Assembly (NCBI GenBank): GCA_010909165.1
Contig: VJWM01000025.1
Span: forward strand, 1,364,001-1,428,000
Direction of reading: 5' to 3'
Source: Anthoceros angustus
Lineage: Eukaryota > Plantae > Anthocerotophyta
Length of the DNA: 64,000 nt
Shown here: in pieces, positions 12,606-23,839 of the stretch
How positions within the stretch are numbered: position 1 is the stretch's first letter
Layout: the number at the start of each line of letters is the position of its first letter
Translations under genes and position numbers: made by a program
The notes under the pieces: model-generated
The model's database searches: none
Seen by the model: only the letters and a program-made list of their open reading frames with translations
What the model was told of the DNA's origin: nothing

Positions 12606-13771
12606 AAGGAAGATTTTATTAAGGTGAAAAAACGATGGGAAAAGCCCATCTAGGAGGGGACAACCAAAGGGGACCAGGGGTCGAGGTGAAGAGGAGCAAA
12701 TAAGCTCCCTACCTAAAGTCACCCATCGCACCCACAATGTCATATGCGGGAAGAATAAACGCGCTGCAACCACGGAGGTGAGAGGAAGATCGTCACCCAC
12801 GCGGCGCCTGTGGAGGATCGCTGAGAGCCGTTGAAGGCAATTGAAACCCTTGAAGTATGCTATGAAGCACGAGGGACACTTGCAGTGTTCATGGCATGGT
12901 AAGCTTTGGCACATGACCACAAATTTGTCAAAGTCCTCACCATTGCCCCATACGCTTCTAGTGCAAGCGGAATAAGAGGTGGCCCTTGCATCACACTATA
13001 TTCTGACCTTGAGAGCCTCAGCTGACCAACGGGCAGTTAGTGATGACTGGCGGAGATGGTGTCTCGTGTAGGATCGGTAACCACCATCCGCCACCCAAAA
13101 CACAGTTGCCACGGACAAGTGCAGTCGTACGATTGAACGACCATGCAGTACACATCCCTCCTCCGAGGCCATGTAGCAGCTTTGTGGCGATGGCGAACAT
13201 GTTGCGGATGGCGTCATGAGTGGCAATGCGATGACCCGTGGGGACAACGAGCAAGGTGTACCCCGTCATCGAGCCGCTTTTCGCAAGTAAGGAGCGAAGA
13301 AGCCACGGTGGAGCGGGCCAAGGCGGAATCGCGCCAGCGATGGTGAAGGTGGTTGGTGCGATGTGAAACCCGTATGCATGGGCGGGCCAATAGCACTGCG
13401 CCTTCCCGAACAAGGCGGGCCGCGCCTTTGGACACAGGGATGGAGGGGTCATGGAGGCGGGCCCAGAAAGCCCGGCCGAGCGCTTCTCGGCGAGATCACG
13501 ATGGCGTAGGGGGTCAAGGTGTACCCGAGAATCGCCGAGGCGAGCACTCGCAAGTAAGGAGCGAAGAAGCCACAGTGCCGGGAGCCAAGACATCGCATCG
13601 CGATGGTGAAGGTGGTTGGTGCGATGTGAAACCCCCGATGCATGGGCGGGCCAATAGCCAAGCACTTGCGCCCTTCCCAGAACAAGAGCAGAGCCGCGCC
13701 CTTGTGGACCTTGGGATGGAGGGGTCATGGAGGCTGAAACGGCGCTTCTCGGCAGATGCCCGCAACCACGG
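12606..13771 (-). mobile_element. CRE-like non-LTR retrotransposon, 3' part (CCHC knuckle, RLE-type endonuclease, 3' UTR)
   Basis: Across frameshifts: RARLCSCSGKGASAWLLARP, LLTCEKRLDDGVHLARCPHG/HRIATHDAIRN, VVTDPTRD, IPLALEAYG and RVSIAL.RL.AI. Confidence 0.8.
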
Positions 13772-16700
13772 CGAAGGGTAACCTACACTTGGTCAACTAA
13801 CTAGCCGAGTTAGGGTCCTGTGGTTAGTAAACTGGACATGATACTTAAAGACCTTTTCCTGTTCATTTCTTTTAATTATCATATTGAGTAGTTTGCACAC
13901 ACACGCTCTCTCGCCCTCCGGCTCTCACCTCCCGCTACATGCAAACTTAACATGGTATCAGAGCCATCTTGGTTCTGATGATTCCTCATCGTCGCTAAGA
14001 ATGCCTCGGCGAGGCGGTTCCGCCAACAAGGGGCGCGGATCACATTTCTACAAGTGCGACAACTCGCCCCGCTTTCCTAAGACGGTCAGAAATCGCCTTA
14101 GCGTTTATCTTCTTGGTGGAGCGAGCTCCCATGACCATTACAGTCCCGCTGATCGAACGGGTAATAACCGGCAATTCTACAGACAGGACCGAAACCCCAA
14201 AGCCTTTCGCCAGGACCGAAGCCCTGGCGACCACAAATCGGGCGCGATGACAATTCTACCCCACCGCATCGGCCTTCCACACCGCCGGAGGCGCCTGTGA
14301 GATATTCATTACATGCCAACAAGGGGTTCCTTGTCTGGCAGCCCACGGCCAATTCAACGACCACTTCGAGGAGACCTCCACCACCTCAGAATCCGTCCAC
14401 GTTAGAACTCTTATCAGTGAAATGAAGAACCTAATGGACGGATTGACGATGAAGATCAAGGAATTGGCGATTACACCGCTGATTTGAGATCTCACCTGAT
14501 ATCTCGCAGCACGCTCTTCCCGACCACACACATTCCGAGCTCGAGAGGCTGCGGTTTAAGCGCCTCGCGTTTTTCGACGGCACGCGGTGAGCGGCATGTC
14601 CACGCTGTCAAGGTGTGAGCGAGGCCGAAACGCCACGCCATGAGTGCAGTCGCTGTCGTTTGGCGGTGCCCCATGCCAGCGGACACCTCTAATCGAAAAC
14701 TGTTGATCAAGGGAAGGACTCTCCCGGCCAACCCAGAGTCAATCAATTTCCTTAGTTGCTTGGCTCTTCCTGTGTGTCTAGGCAGCCCCCTCCCCTGCGA
14801 TCCCACGGATTAGTCGCATTTACGTTAGCTAGCGAGTTGGGTCATCATACCTCGTCACCCTGCGTATGTCGAGACATACGATCCCACGACGTCGGCGGCG
14901 ATGCAGTTCACCACAACCCGGTTTTCTTGATTCCCTGGTAGACCAGCTATCAGCTCAGTTGCAGGCGCTTGTATTAGTACCCGAGATGGGCACTAATCCC
15001 ACACAACCGCCTCCTCCACCTCCGCCGCCACCACCTCTTCCCTCAAATCCGGTGTGGCACCGGTCAGCACCCCTCCCCACCTTCACCTCGGACATGAAAG
15101 AAAAGGACCGCTTCAATGGCACCAAGTACCCTGTTTGGAAGGTGCGCATGCGCTCAGCACTTGAAGCCCGAGGAGTCTGGGGAGTGGTGGACCAGTCAGT
15201 TCCGGAGCCAGACCTCAACAGCAATCCTCCCCCATCGGCAATTGCTGTGGAGCGCTGGCAGTCACTCAATTCCATTGCTCTTGCTTTCTTGATAAACGGG
15301 CTTGATGAGGACCTCGTACCTACAGTGGAATTCCATACGAAAGCACACCAGGTTTGGGATCAGCTTGCAAGTACGTATCAAGTTAAAAACCTTATGTCCC
15401 TTTGTGCCGTCAGGCAGGAATTCTATACCTTGAAGATGAGAGAGGGGGAAAAGATGGCTGCACACATCACCAAATTTCGTCAGCTCCGCTCTCAGTTGCT
15501 GAGTATGGGCACGAAAATGGATGAGTTGGATGCAGCTGCTCACCTCCTCACGACGTTGCCACCTTCTTACCAAGGCTTCATCACTACACAGAACATTCCC
15601 TATTTGACTGCCTCGGCTGGCCGTACCTCCACTTATACAGTTGACATCCTTATCGGAGCCCTTTTTCAGGAGGAACAAGCCAGGAGTCATTCTTCAGGGA
15701 GCTCACGCTCCAAGGGAGATAAGATTCTGTCAGCTCGGCACACACCTAACAAAGGCAAGAGCAAATTTCAGAAACCTGATTCAAGCCCTGCTAACCCTCC
15801 CAAAAGGCGGGGACTTATGGCGGTGTGGAATTCTTGAGCCGGTCCGTGAGTGTAAAGAAGAGGGCATTTGGCGACAGGTGAACATCCAAGACTTGACTAG
15901 CGTTGCTGAAATCGGTGATACTAAGAACGTGGTTAAGATACTTACAGTTTGCTTGACTAGTTCTTGTTCGGACACAGAAAGCTGGTACCTGGATTCTGGT
16001 GCCACGGCTCACATTTGTCGAAACAAGAATCACTTCACCTCTCTGACCCTTTGTTGTGAGAATGACAAGGTGCTCCTTGGAGATGAACAGCTCGATAGCA
16101 GTCTGCAAGTCAAAGGACAAGGCAAGGTTACTTTCCGATTGAAGGACGGTTCAGATCTTACTCTTGAACGCGTTCTGTACGTACCAGCCATGGCGAAGAA
16201 TCTACTGTCCATGAGTCAGCTCCTGAAGCTGCGGACGTTTGAGATGCAAGCCACCGGTGATACGTGCACCTTCTACAGGAAGGTTGCCCCAGACACTTGC
16301 ATTTTCAAGGGTTTCCTTGATAATGATCTGTATTGCCTTGATCTGCTGCCTGTAAGGAATGCCACCGTGCATAGCACTGGATTAGCTAACCTGGACACCA
16401 AGCAGCTGGCTATGTTATGGCACGCAAGACTCGGACATCCCAACAAACAGAAGTTGCTGGACATGTCCGTCAAACAATGTTTTAGGGAACCCCTTCCCCG
16501 TTGTTTCAAGGACTTACCGTCCTGTGAGGCGTGCATAATAGCCAAGCAAAAGGAACACCCCTTTCCTTCCACTCCAGCATACAGAGCTACCTCTGTCTTA
16601 GGCTTGGTCCATGCGGACATCTCTCGAAGGATACAGGTGCCGTCTATAGGTGGTTCCAATTACTACCTTACCTTAACGGACGACTACAGCTTACACTTGG

Positions 16701-19700
16701 ACATTCCCTATGCAGAGGAAGAACGATGTCTTCGACATCTTCAAAGAATGGCTTCCTGCAGTACAACGCCAAACGGGTTTGCTGTTAAAGTACCTGCGTA
16801 CAGATAATGGCACCGAGTTTGTTAATGATGCCTTTGATGAATACCTAGCTGCGGAGGGGATTCAGCGGCAACTTACCGTTCCCTATACACCCCAGCAAAA
16901 TGGGGTTTCTGAGAGGAAGAATCAGTCCTTGTTGGCCATGACCCGGAGCATGTTGCTCTGGTCCGGCCTCCCTCAAGCGTATTGGGCAGAAGCCATTTGT
17001 GCAGCAACATACATTCTGAACAGAATTCTTACGAGCTCTGTCCCGAATCAAACACCCTATGAGGTCTTCCATAAGAGGAAACCAAGTCTGCTGCACCTGA
17101 GAGTTTTTGGTTCCCGAGCATATGCGTTTATTCCTGCGAAGAAACGCCAGAAGTTAGACCCGAGAGCTCAAGCCCTTGTTTTTGTAGGGTACAGTGAGCA
17201 GTCTAAGGCTTATCGACTGTATGACCCGACTCTCAGGAAGATGTCACTCGCACGGAGTGTCACCTTCATTGAGCCCCATTCTCCATTGCTCACACATGCT
17301 CCGCAGACAGAGGGAGCTTCGGACATACCTGAGGAGACAGAGGGAGGATCTACGTACCCTGTGCATGAGGGACAGGTCACTTATCAGATGTATCCTCAGG
17401 ATGCCGAACCCCAGGATGCCGAACTCCAGGATGCTGAACCCTTGGACGCTGTCTTGCCGACACCCGATTTGGTCGCACCTCTTCCCGCTGAACCAGACCC
17501 TCAGGATGACCCGGACCTCATCCCTTTTGACGACCCAGGTGCTCCTGTCCAAGTTGCTGCGGACTTACCAGATGCTGCTCTTTTCGACGAGCCGGATCCA
17601 GCACCCATTATGGATGAGCATCTACCGGAGGTCATTGAAACTCCACCAATCCCTCCTGCAGTAGTTGCCCGCGACACCGAGGAAGTGGTACCTCGCCGTT
17701 CTGGCCGCCACCGACCACCACCTGATCAATGGGCTGAACCGCGTTACCAATCTATTGACTTCCGCCATCGGGCAGCCCCAGCTACAGCACACACTGCTCC
17801 GTCGGCCATCCCGGATGAGCCACGCACTTTGGCCGAGGCTTACAACGGACCGATGAAGAGGTGGCGTGGGCCGAAGACGAGTACTACCGATTAAAACAAG
17901 ACCTGGACTCTTGTGGACTTGCCACCCGGCCGCAAACCCATTTCATGTAAATGGGTCTTCAAACATAAACTGAATGCTGAGGGCGAGATCGCCCGGTACA
18001 AGGCCCGTCTCGTGGCCCGTGGTTTTACCCAGGTGGAGGGTCTGGACTATCAGGAGACATTCTCCCCTGTCGTCCGGTCCCAATCCATACGCATGCTGCT
18101 GGCTCTGGCTGCAGAATTCGACCTTGACTTATGGATGCATGGATGTCTCAGATACCTTATGGGTCTGATGAAGAACCGTATATGCAATGTAGGAAGGTTA
18201 CGTTAGTAAGCAAAGACCAAGGTGTTCTTAAACTTTTAAAATGCATCTACGGACTGAAGCAATCTGGTAGGGTTTGGTATTTTACCATCCACGTCTATCT
18301 GTTGGACTTGTCTTTTGTTCAAAGTGCCGCAGACACCAATGTTTACCGGCTGACTAGGGGCACAGCTTTCGTCATAGTTGCCTTGTATGTCGATGATGTC
18401 ATTCTGGTCACAAACAGTAAAACTCTGTTAGATGAAGTCAAGCAAATGCTCAGCGACAGGTTCGAAATGAAAGACATTGGTGATCTAAAGTTCTGTTTAG
18501 GGATACAGATCCTCCGAGTTCGTGAGGAGGGTCTTCTGGTTATCCACCAGCATAAATACATTCGGGAAATCCTGCATAAGTTCAAGATGGATCAAGCCCG
18601 TCCAGCCACCACTCCTTCAGCTGTGGGCATCAAGTTAACAACTGATCAGTGCCCTACCACTAAGGAAGCTAAGCAGGATATGGCGGATGTACCTTACAGG
18701 CATGCTGTTGGCAGTCTTTTGTTTGTGGCAAACTGGACTCGCCCAGACATACAGTATGCAGTGAGCACCGCTTCTCAGTTTATGGAAAACCACGCCCCCA
18801 CCGGGTCGCCGTAAAAGAATCTTGATTCGCAGGCACACACACATATGGGTTATTCTATGAGCATGTACGGGCACATTCCATCTATCTCGGGCTTCACTGA
18901 TTGGGTTGGCGTGACGGACGTAGGTTTATCTACTTACTGTTTCTTGCTGGCCAATGCGTCTGTAAGTTGGAGCTGCAAGAAACAAACTACAATAGCACTG
19001 TCCTCAACGGAGGCTGAATACAAATCTCTTACAGAAGCCTCCAAGGAGGCAGAGTGGGCTCGACAGTTTCTGGCCGACCTTGGTCATCCTCAACGTGCTC
19101 CCACTCCTATTCTCTGTGACAACACTGGTGCTCTTGACCTTGTGGCAAATCCCCGGTATCATGCTCGTACAAAGCATATCGAAATCCAACACCACTATAT
19201 TCGTGATGTATCTGCACGAGGCGTGGTGAGAGTGGGTTATGTTGATACCGAGCTGAATACTGCCGACATCTTTACTAAGCCACTACCTAAGCTCAAGCAC
19301 TATACACACATGACGGGACTTGGCCTGCAGGATTACTCTGCTCATTTTGATTCAGTGCCATGACTCTAGCTACTGCAGCTGGATATGAACACTTATGGGG
19401 GGTGGGAACTAAGTTCCCTAGTTGCTGCTCCTCTCCGGACATCTTTCTTGACCACTTCCACGATGCTGTCTGTCTGCTTCGAGCTGATGCAGGAAGCTTC
19501 ACTCACGATCTAATCACTGCACCGGCCTCACGGTACTCCCTTCCATCCTCCGGTGGCCGGCACGAACTCCATTGGGGAATCTTGGCGACCATTTGTGATC
19601 GCGGGTGCTTCAGGTATCTGTGTCGCTTGAGGACTTCTTCGGCACGCCTAACTCTGGCTATGGCGACCTCCATTGACCACTTGCCTCCGGCCCGGCAAAC

Positions 19701-20196
19701 TGATCAACACCCACTCACGGCGTCCGACTCGGCCTACCTCTTCTTCTCTTCTGGTGGCGGCGCTGCTCTCCTTGCCCTTGCTTTTTTCTCTTTTGGGGGT
19801 CTTGCACAACTGTGAAGATCCAATCCATATCTACGACCACTGCGCGTTGCCATAATCCGGTGGTGGATCCCTATGTCAGCTAGCTAAGGAGGGTGGAGCC
19901 GTCACCGCAAGGTTTCGCCGGTTTTTGCCCATGGGCGCTGAGCTCGTCCGGGCGATGGCCTTCCTCTTCTAACGGGTGTTGCCCTTCGCCGCCGTAAGTA
20001 GTTAATTAGGTTAGAGAGGAGTGACGGGTAACCTACACTTGGTCAACTAACTAGCTAGTTGGGGTCAAGTAAAGCTGGACATGATACTTAAAGACCTTTT
20101 CACTGTTCATTTCTTTTAATTATCATATTGAGTAGTTTGCACACACACGCTCTCTCGCCCTCCGGCTCTCACCTCCCGCTACATGCAAACTTAACA
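13772..20196 (+). mobile_element. Full-length degenerate Ty1/Copia element B, about 6.4 kb
   Basis: LTRs 13772-13952 and 20022-20196, PBS TGGTATCAGAGCC at 13953-13965, PPT AGAGAGGAG at 20013-20021. Gag FNGTKYPVWKVRM, protease WYLDSGATAH, integrase [42 protein letters not shown], RNase H ALSSTEAEY/RTKHIE. Several frameshifts; no TSD seen. Confidence 0.95.
13953..13965 (+). promoter_or_regulatory. Primer-binding site (initiator tRNA-Met) of Copia B
   Basis: TGGTATCAGAGCC immediately follows the LTR end TTAACA. Confidence 0.9.
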
Positions 20197-23100
20197 AACC
20201 CCCTGAAACCATCGTAATAAATGTCGAGAAAGGAGAAGTCCTTCCGAGCATCCACCGATAACATGTCCTAGCTTGCCTCAAGGACGCTTTGAGAGAGAAG
20301 GTTCCCTCCACACTGATACGAGATCCTCCGTAAAGGCCTCATGGAGGATGAACCGAGAAGCCAGAGAGAGGGCCCAACGCCTGAAAGCCGCTGGAAGAGA
20401 CCTCCAGCCGAGAGTGCACTGCCTCCAAATTGCATGTAGGACGCCGACGCCCATAGGGCACTCAAAAGCCCCCGAGCCTGTGATGTCCCCGAGAGTATCC
20501 ATAATCTTCCTATCAAACCGCCGCAGACAAAAGTGTCGGGACGGAGGCAACAGACGGATGAGGTAACTGTGGCGCCTAGCAAAACAGAGGAAAGAATTCC
20601 AAAGGCCACCTGCATCCTCCAAAGAAAGGAGGTCCTCGACATGGAGAGGTCTCATGAGAGAGCCCCGTCCAGAAGCTCCCGATGAAGTCGTGGGAACCGG
20701 GGACCCCTAGAACTGCAGCCCAGAGCCGAGCAATCTCCCAGGAAATTGCAAAGTAGGTAGAATCGACGAGACCAGACGCTGCACTTGGATGCCTTGACCT
20801 TCAAGCCCACCAGAAAGCTCATGAGAGAAGAGCTCAAAGGCCTCCTTAACTTTGTCCCTGTGCCCGAGGATGTGAGAGTCACAAATCAAGGGAAGACAGG
20901 CTGAGAAGGCGGCCTAGATAGGGCCCTATAGTGAGCAATGGCGAAGAGAGCCGCCTAGTCGCCTTGCACAGTACACATGGCCGATTCAAGGCAGAGGCAA
21001 ATCCACGAAGAGCGTTCTTGTCTTTGGTAGTAGAGGTTGGAGGACCTCCGGTAGAAACCAGGACAAAAGGTATAAGGCTCCCAGCATGCATCCTAAGCTC
21101 CTCGAAGATGGCGCTCCTAGAAATGGTATTGAAGGCGTTCTCGACATCAACACCTGTAAGACCACCCACTCGGGTGGGTATCATGCCTTCACTCCAAGCA
21201 CCACGGACTCACGGCCCGGGTGTGCCAAATTGAAGGGGTTGAGGTCTTGAAGAAGAGGCGGCAGAAGGGCAATAGTCTTGGTGAGTAGTCGCATGAAGGC
21301 TTCCACGGGCAGTGGGCGCGAACAGAGGCGAGGCTTGTCCAGCGACAAGCTGGTACTAAGAACATGGGAAATCCGGTGAGGCGTCTCAGGCCACCGCGGC
21401 GGAGAAAAGAGCTGCTAGGAAGCCACTAGATGGATCTTGGGGAGAAAAAGGTCCAGGTGTTCAAACACCATTCGACAACCGGATGAAAGGCGTGGGGTCG
21501 TGAGAGTGCGAGCAAAAGCGCCCGATCCGGAGAGAAGGATCCTCGGGACGTAGTCGAGATATGTCCGGGATGGCATCCTTGGGAGGCTGGATGGAGCACG
21601 AGGAGGGCAACAATGGTCTCCTCCGCGGGGGCTAGGGGAGGTCGAAGAGCCACAGTATGACATACTCACACACTGGCAAGCTTACAGCAGCGAGTTTGTT
21701 GCATTACCGGGACTGTTCAAGCTGCATGCTTGATTCCGAGCCTTGGCGACCATAAAGCCTCCTCACGGAGGATGCCCGATCCTGACCAGCGGCGAGGCGG
21801 CTAGCAACTTCCGATGCCCAGCCCCTAGAAACAAGGCACCAGAGAAGGCGGAGAAGGCACCAAGCTAACTCGTCACGGGATCGGCGCAAGGCGATCAAGG
21901 GAAGGCCAGGCAAGCGGGCATCATCATGAAGGTGGCGGGAAGCTGCGGAAGATCGCGGGCATGGAAGCGGGTTTCAAACATCCCAAGTATGTGATCCGGT
22001 GACCCGCAACCATTCCGGAAGAGGCACCCCACGATGGGCGATCTTGGGCCGGGCAGCGCTGCGGGCGGAGGAGGTCGCAATGTGCAGGCAGCCCAAGTAG
22101 TCGGTGAAATCTTTATGCATGTGCCCAATGTGGGTTTCACCCCTTGACACGCTGAGTTGAGCACAGACGAGGACACTCCGTGTCCTTAGCGATCCTGAGG
22201 AGGTGTAGGCCGCCCCATTGGGAAGGTACTAAAAGAACCCATAAGCGCCCGGTCGAGGCGGCGGCCGAGGAGTGCGGGGAGGGACAAACGACCCACTTTC
22301 AGGACACAGTGTGAGCTCGTATGGCGAACCAAACGGCCAAGAGCTCGCCTAGAGGTGCAACCCAGAACCACGCCGACCCACCAAACTAGCGCCCGCTTGA
22401 CCTCGCAACCAAAAGGCTGGGGTAGAAATCCACCACAGAAAGGCCGAACAAAATCGGGAAAAATAAATTCCCACCGCCACATGACACACCTTGCAGCACC
22501 CAACTCGGGTGGCACACTAGCGGCGTGAACCGGCCGGGCCCCCTCTGGGCCGTGCCAGGGGCGCTGCCGTTGCGGCTCTACTCGCCCACCCTACCTACCC
22601 GACTCGACCAACCCGCCCACCCTACCTCCGAGGCACACCACCTCCGGCCAAGCCTTGCCGTCCCGGACAGCGGTCCGCACCGGTGAGACTGGAGCCCCGC
22701 CCGCCCACGGAAGGCTGCAGCGATCTGCCGCCTCGCACTCACCTCGTCTCCTTGCTGCCATGATACGCACACCGCAACCGCGCGCACCACTGTCGCGCCC
22801 GGTGGTACGCCGTGCCCCGCCCGTCTGCTTACGGCGCCCACTTCGCACCACTCGCGCTGGCCTGCTCTGCGCGCCAGCGCCCGCCTCCGCCCGCTCCGCA
22901 CCGTCACGCTCCAGCACCGCCCCTCCAGCGCCCACCGCGCCGGGCACCTCCCGCCAGCGTCACGACGCGCTTGGCCGCCCCGCACCGTCCGCTGCGCCCC
23001 GCCCGTTCCGCGCCGCTCACTATCGCCGCTCCGCGCAACCCGTCGCGCCCCGCCCCGCCCGGCCGCCGCCCGCCGCCCGCGTCCGCCGCCGCCCGCGCCC

Positions 23101-23222
23101 GCGCCTTCCCGCCCGCCCGCCCGCGGCAGTCCCTCGCGCCGCCGCTCCCTCCCGCCCGCCCCCCCTCCTCCCTCACCGCCGCCGCTCCTCACTGCCCGCC
23201 GCCGCTCCTCACCGCCCGCCGC
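20197..23222 (-). mobile_element. CRE-like non-LTR retrotransposon, 5' part (GC-rich 5' region, N-terminal zinc-finger-like region, RT)
   Basis: Across frameshifts: Cys/His-rich N-terminus (..GCTSRRALGRLVRHTSSHC), APAEETIVALLVLHP, SGCRMVFEHL, PEWVVLQV/DVENAFNTISRSAIFEEL, RHSYLIRLLPP and LGWRSLPAAF. 22560-23222 is an extremely GC-rich low-complexity stretch. Confidence 0.8.
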
Positions 23223-23834
23223 TTGAGGAGAAGGCACTAGCTCCCCCGCCGAGGGTGTGGCGACAGGACGAGCACCATCAAGATTAAACCGTTTAAGTAT
23301 TTCCTTGATGTACTTAGTCTGATGAAGAGTGATCTTCCCTCTGTCCCTGTCACGCAGGATTTGAATATCAAGGCAGAACTGCAAGTCACCTTGATCCGTC
23401 ATCTCAAACTCTTGACGAAGCATATTCTTCACTTTGGCAAGTTGGTGGGAGCTGTTTCTTAAAAGTACACAATCATCAACGTATAGAGCAATGGCCACAA
23501 ACAAGCCACCCTTGGACAAATAGAAAACATTGCTGTCAACTGGGGACTGAACGAATCCAAGCTTGCATAAGTACTTCATGATACGGCGATACCAAGCCCG
23601 AGGGCTCTGTTTCAACCCGTAGATTGTCTTCAATAGCTTGCATACCTTATGGGGCCATTGCTTACTAACAAACCCTTCTGGTTGTTGCATGTAAAGGACT
23701 TCTTCAAGTTCGCCATGGAGGAAGGCAGTGCAGACATCCATCTGCTGTAACTCAAGGTTGTATTCGGCAGCCATGGCAAGAAGAATCCACACAGAAGGCA
23801 CTACTAGGAAACTCAGCAGTTTATTACCCCTCAA
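23223..23834 (-). mobile_element. Copia element A, RT 5' half (continues at about 12605)
   Basis: QMDVCTAFLHGELEEVLYMQQPEGF, YGLKQSPRAWY, LYVDD, KYIKEILKRF, ARPVATPSAGELVPSPQ. Joins in frame to TTLSQENQDMSTIPY at 12595. Confidence 0.85.
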
Positions 23835-23839
23835 ATCTA

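Noticed and set aside
22578-23834. 418-aa ORF as an RT with a novel Arg/Gly-rich tail
   Set aside because: It is a chance read-through from the Copia A RT into the GC-rich 5' region of the inserted CRE-like element. The junction coincides with the TSD.
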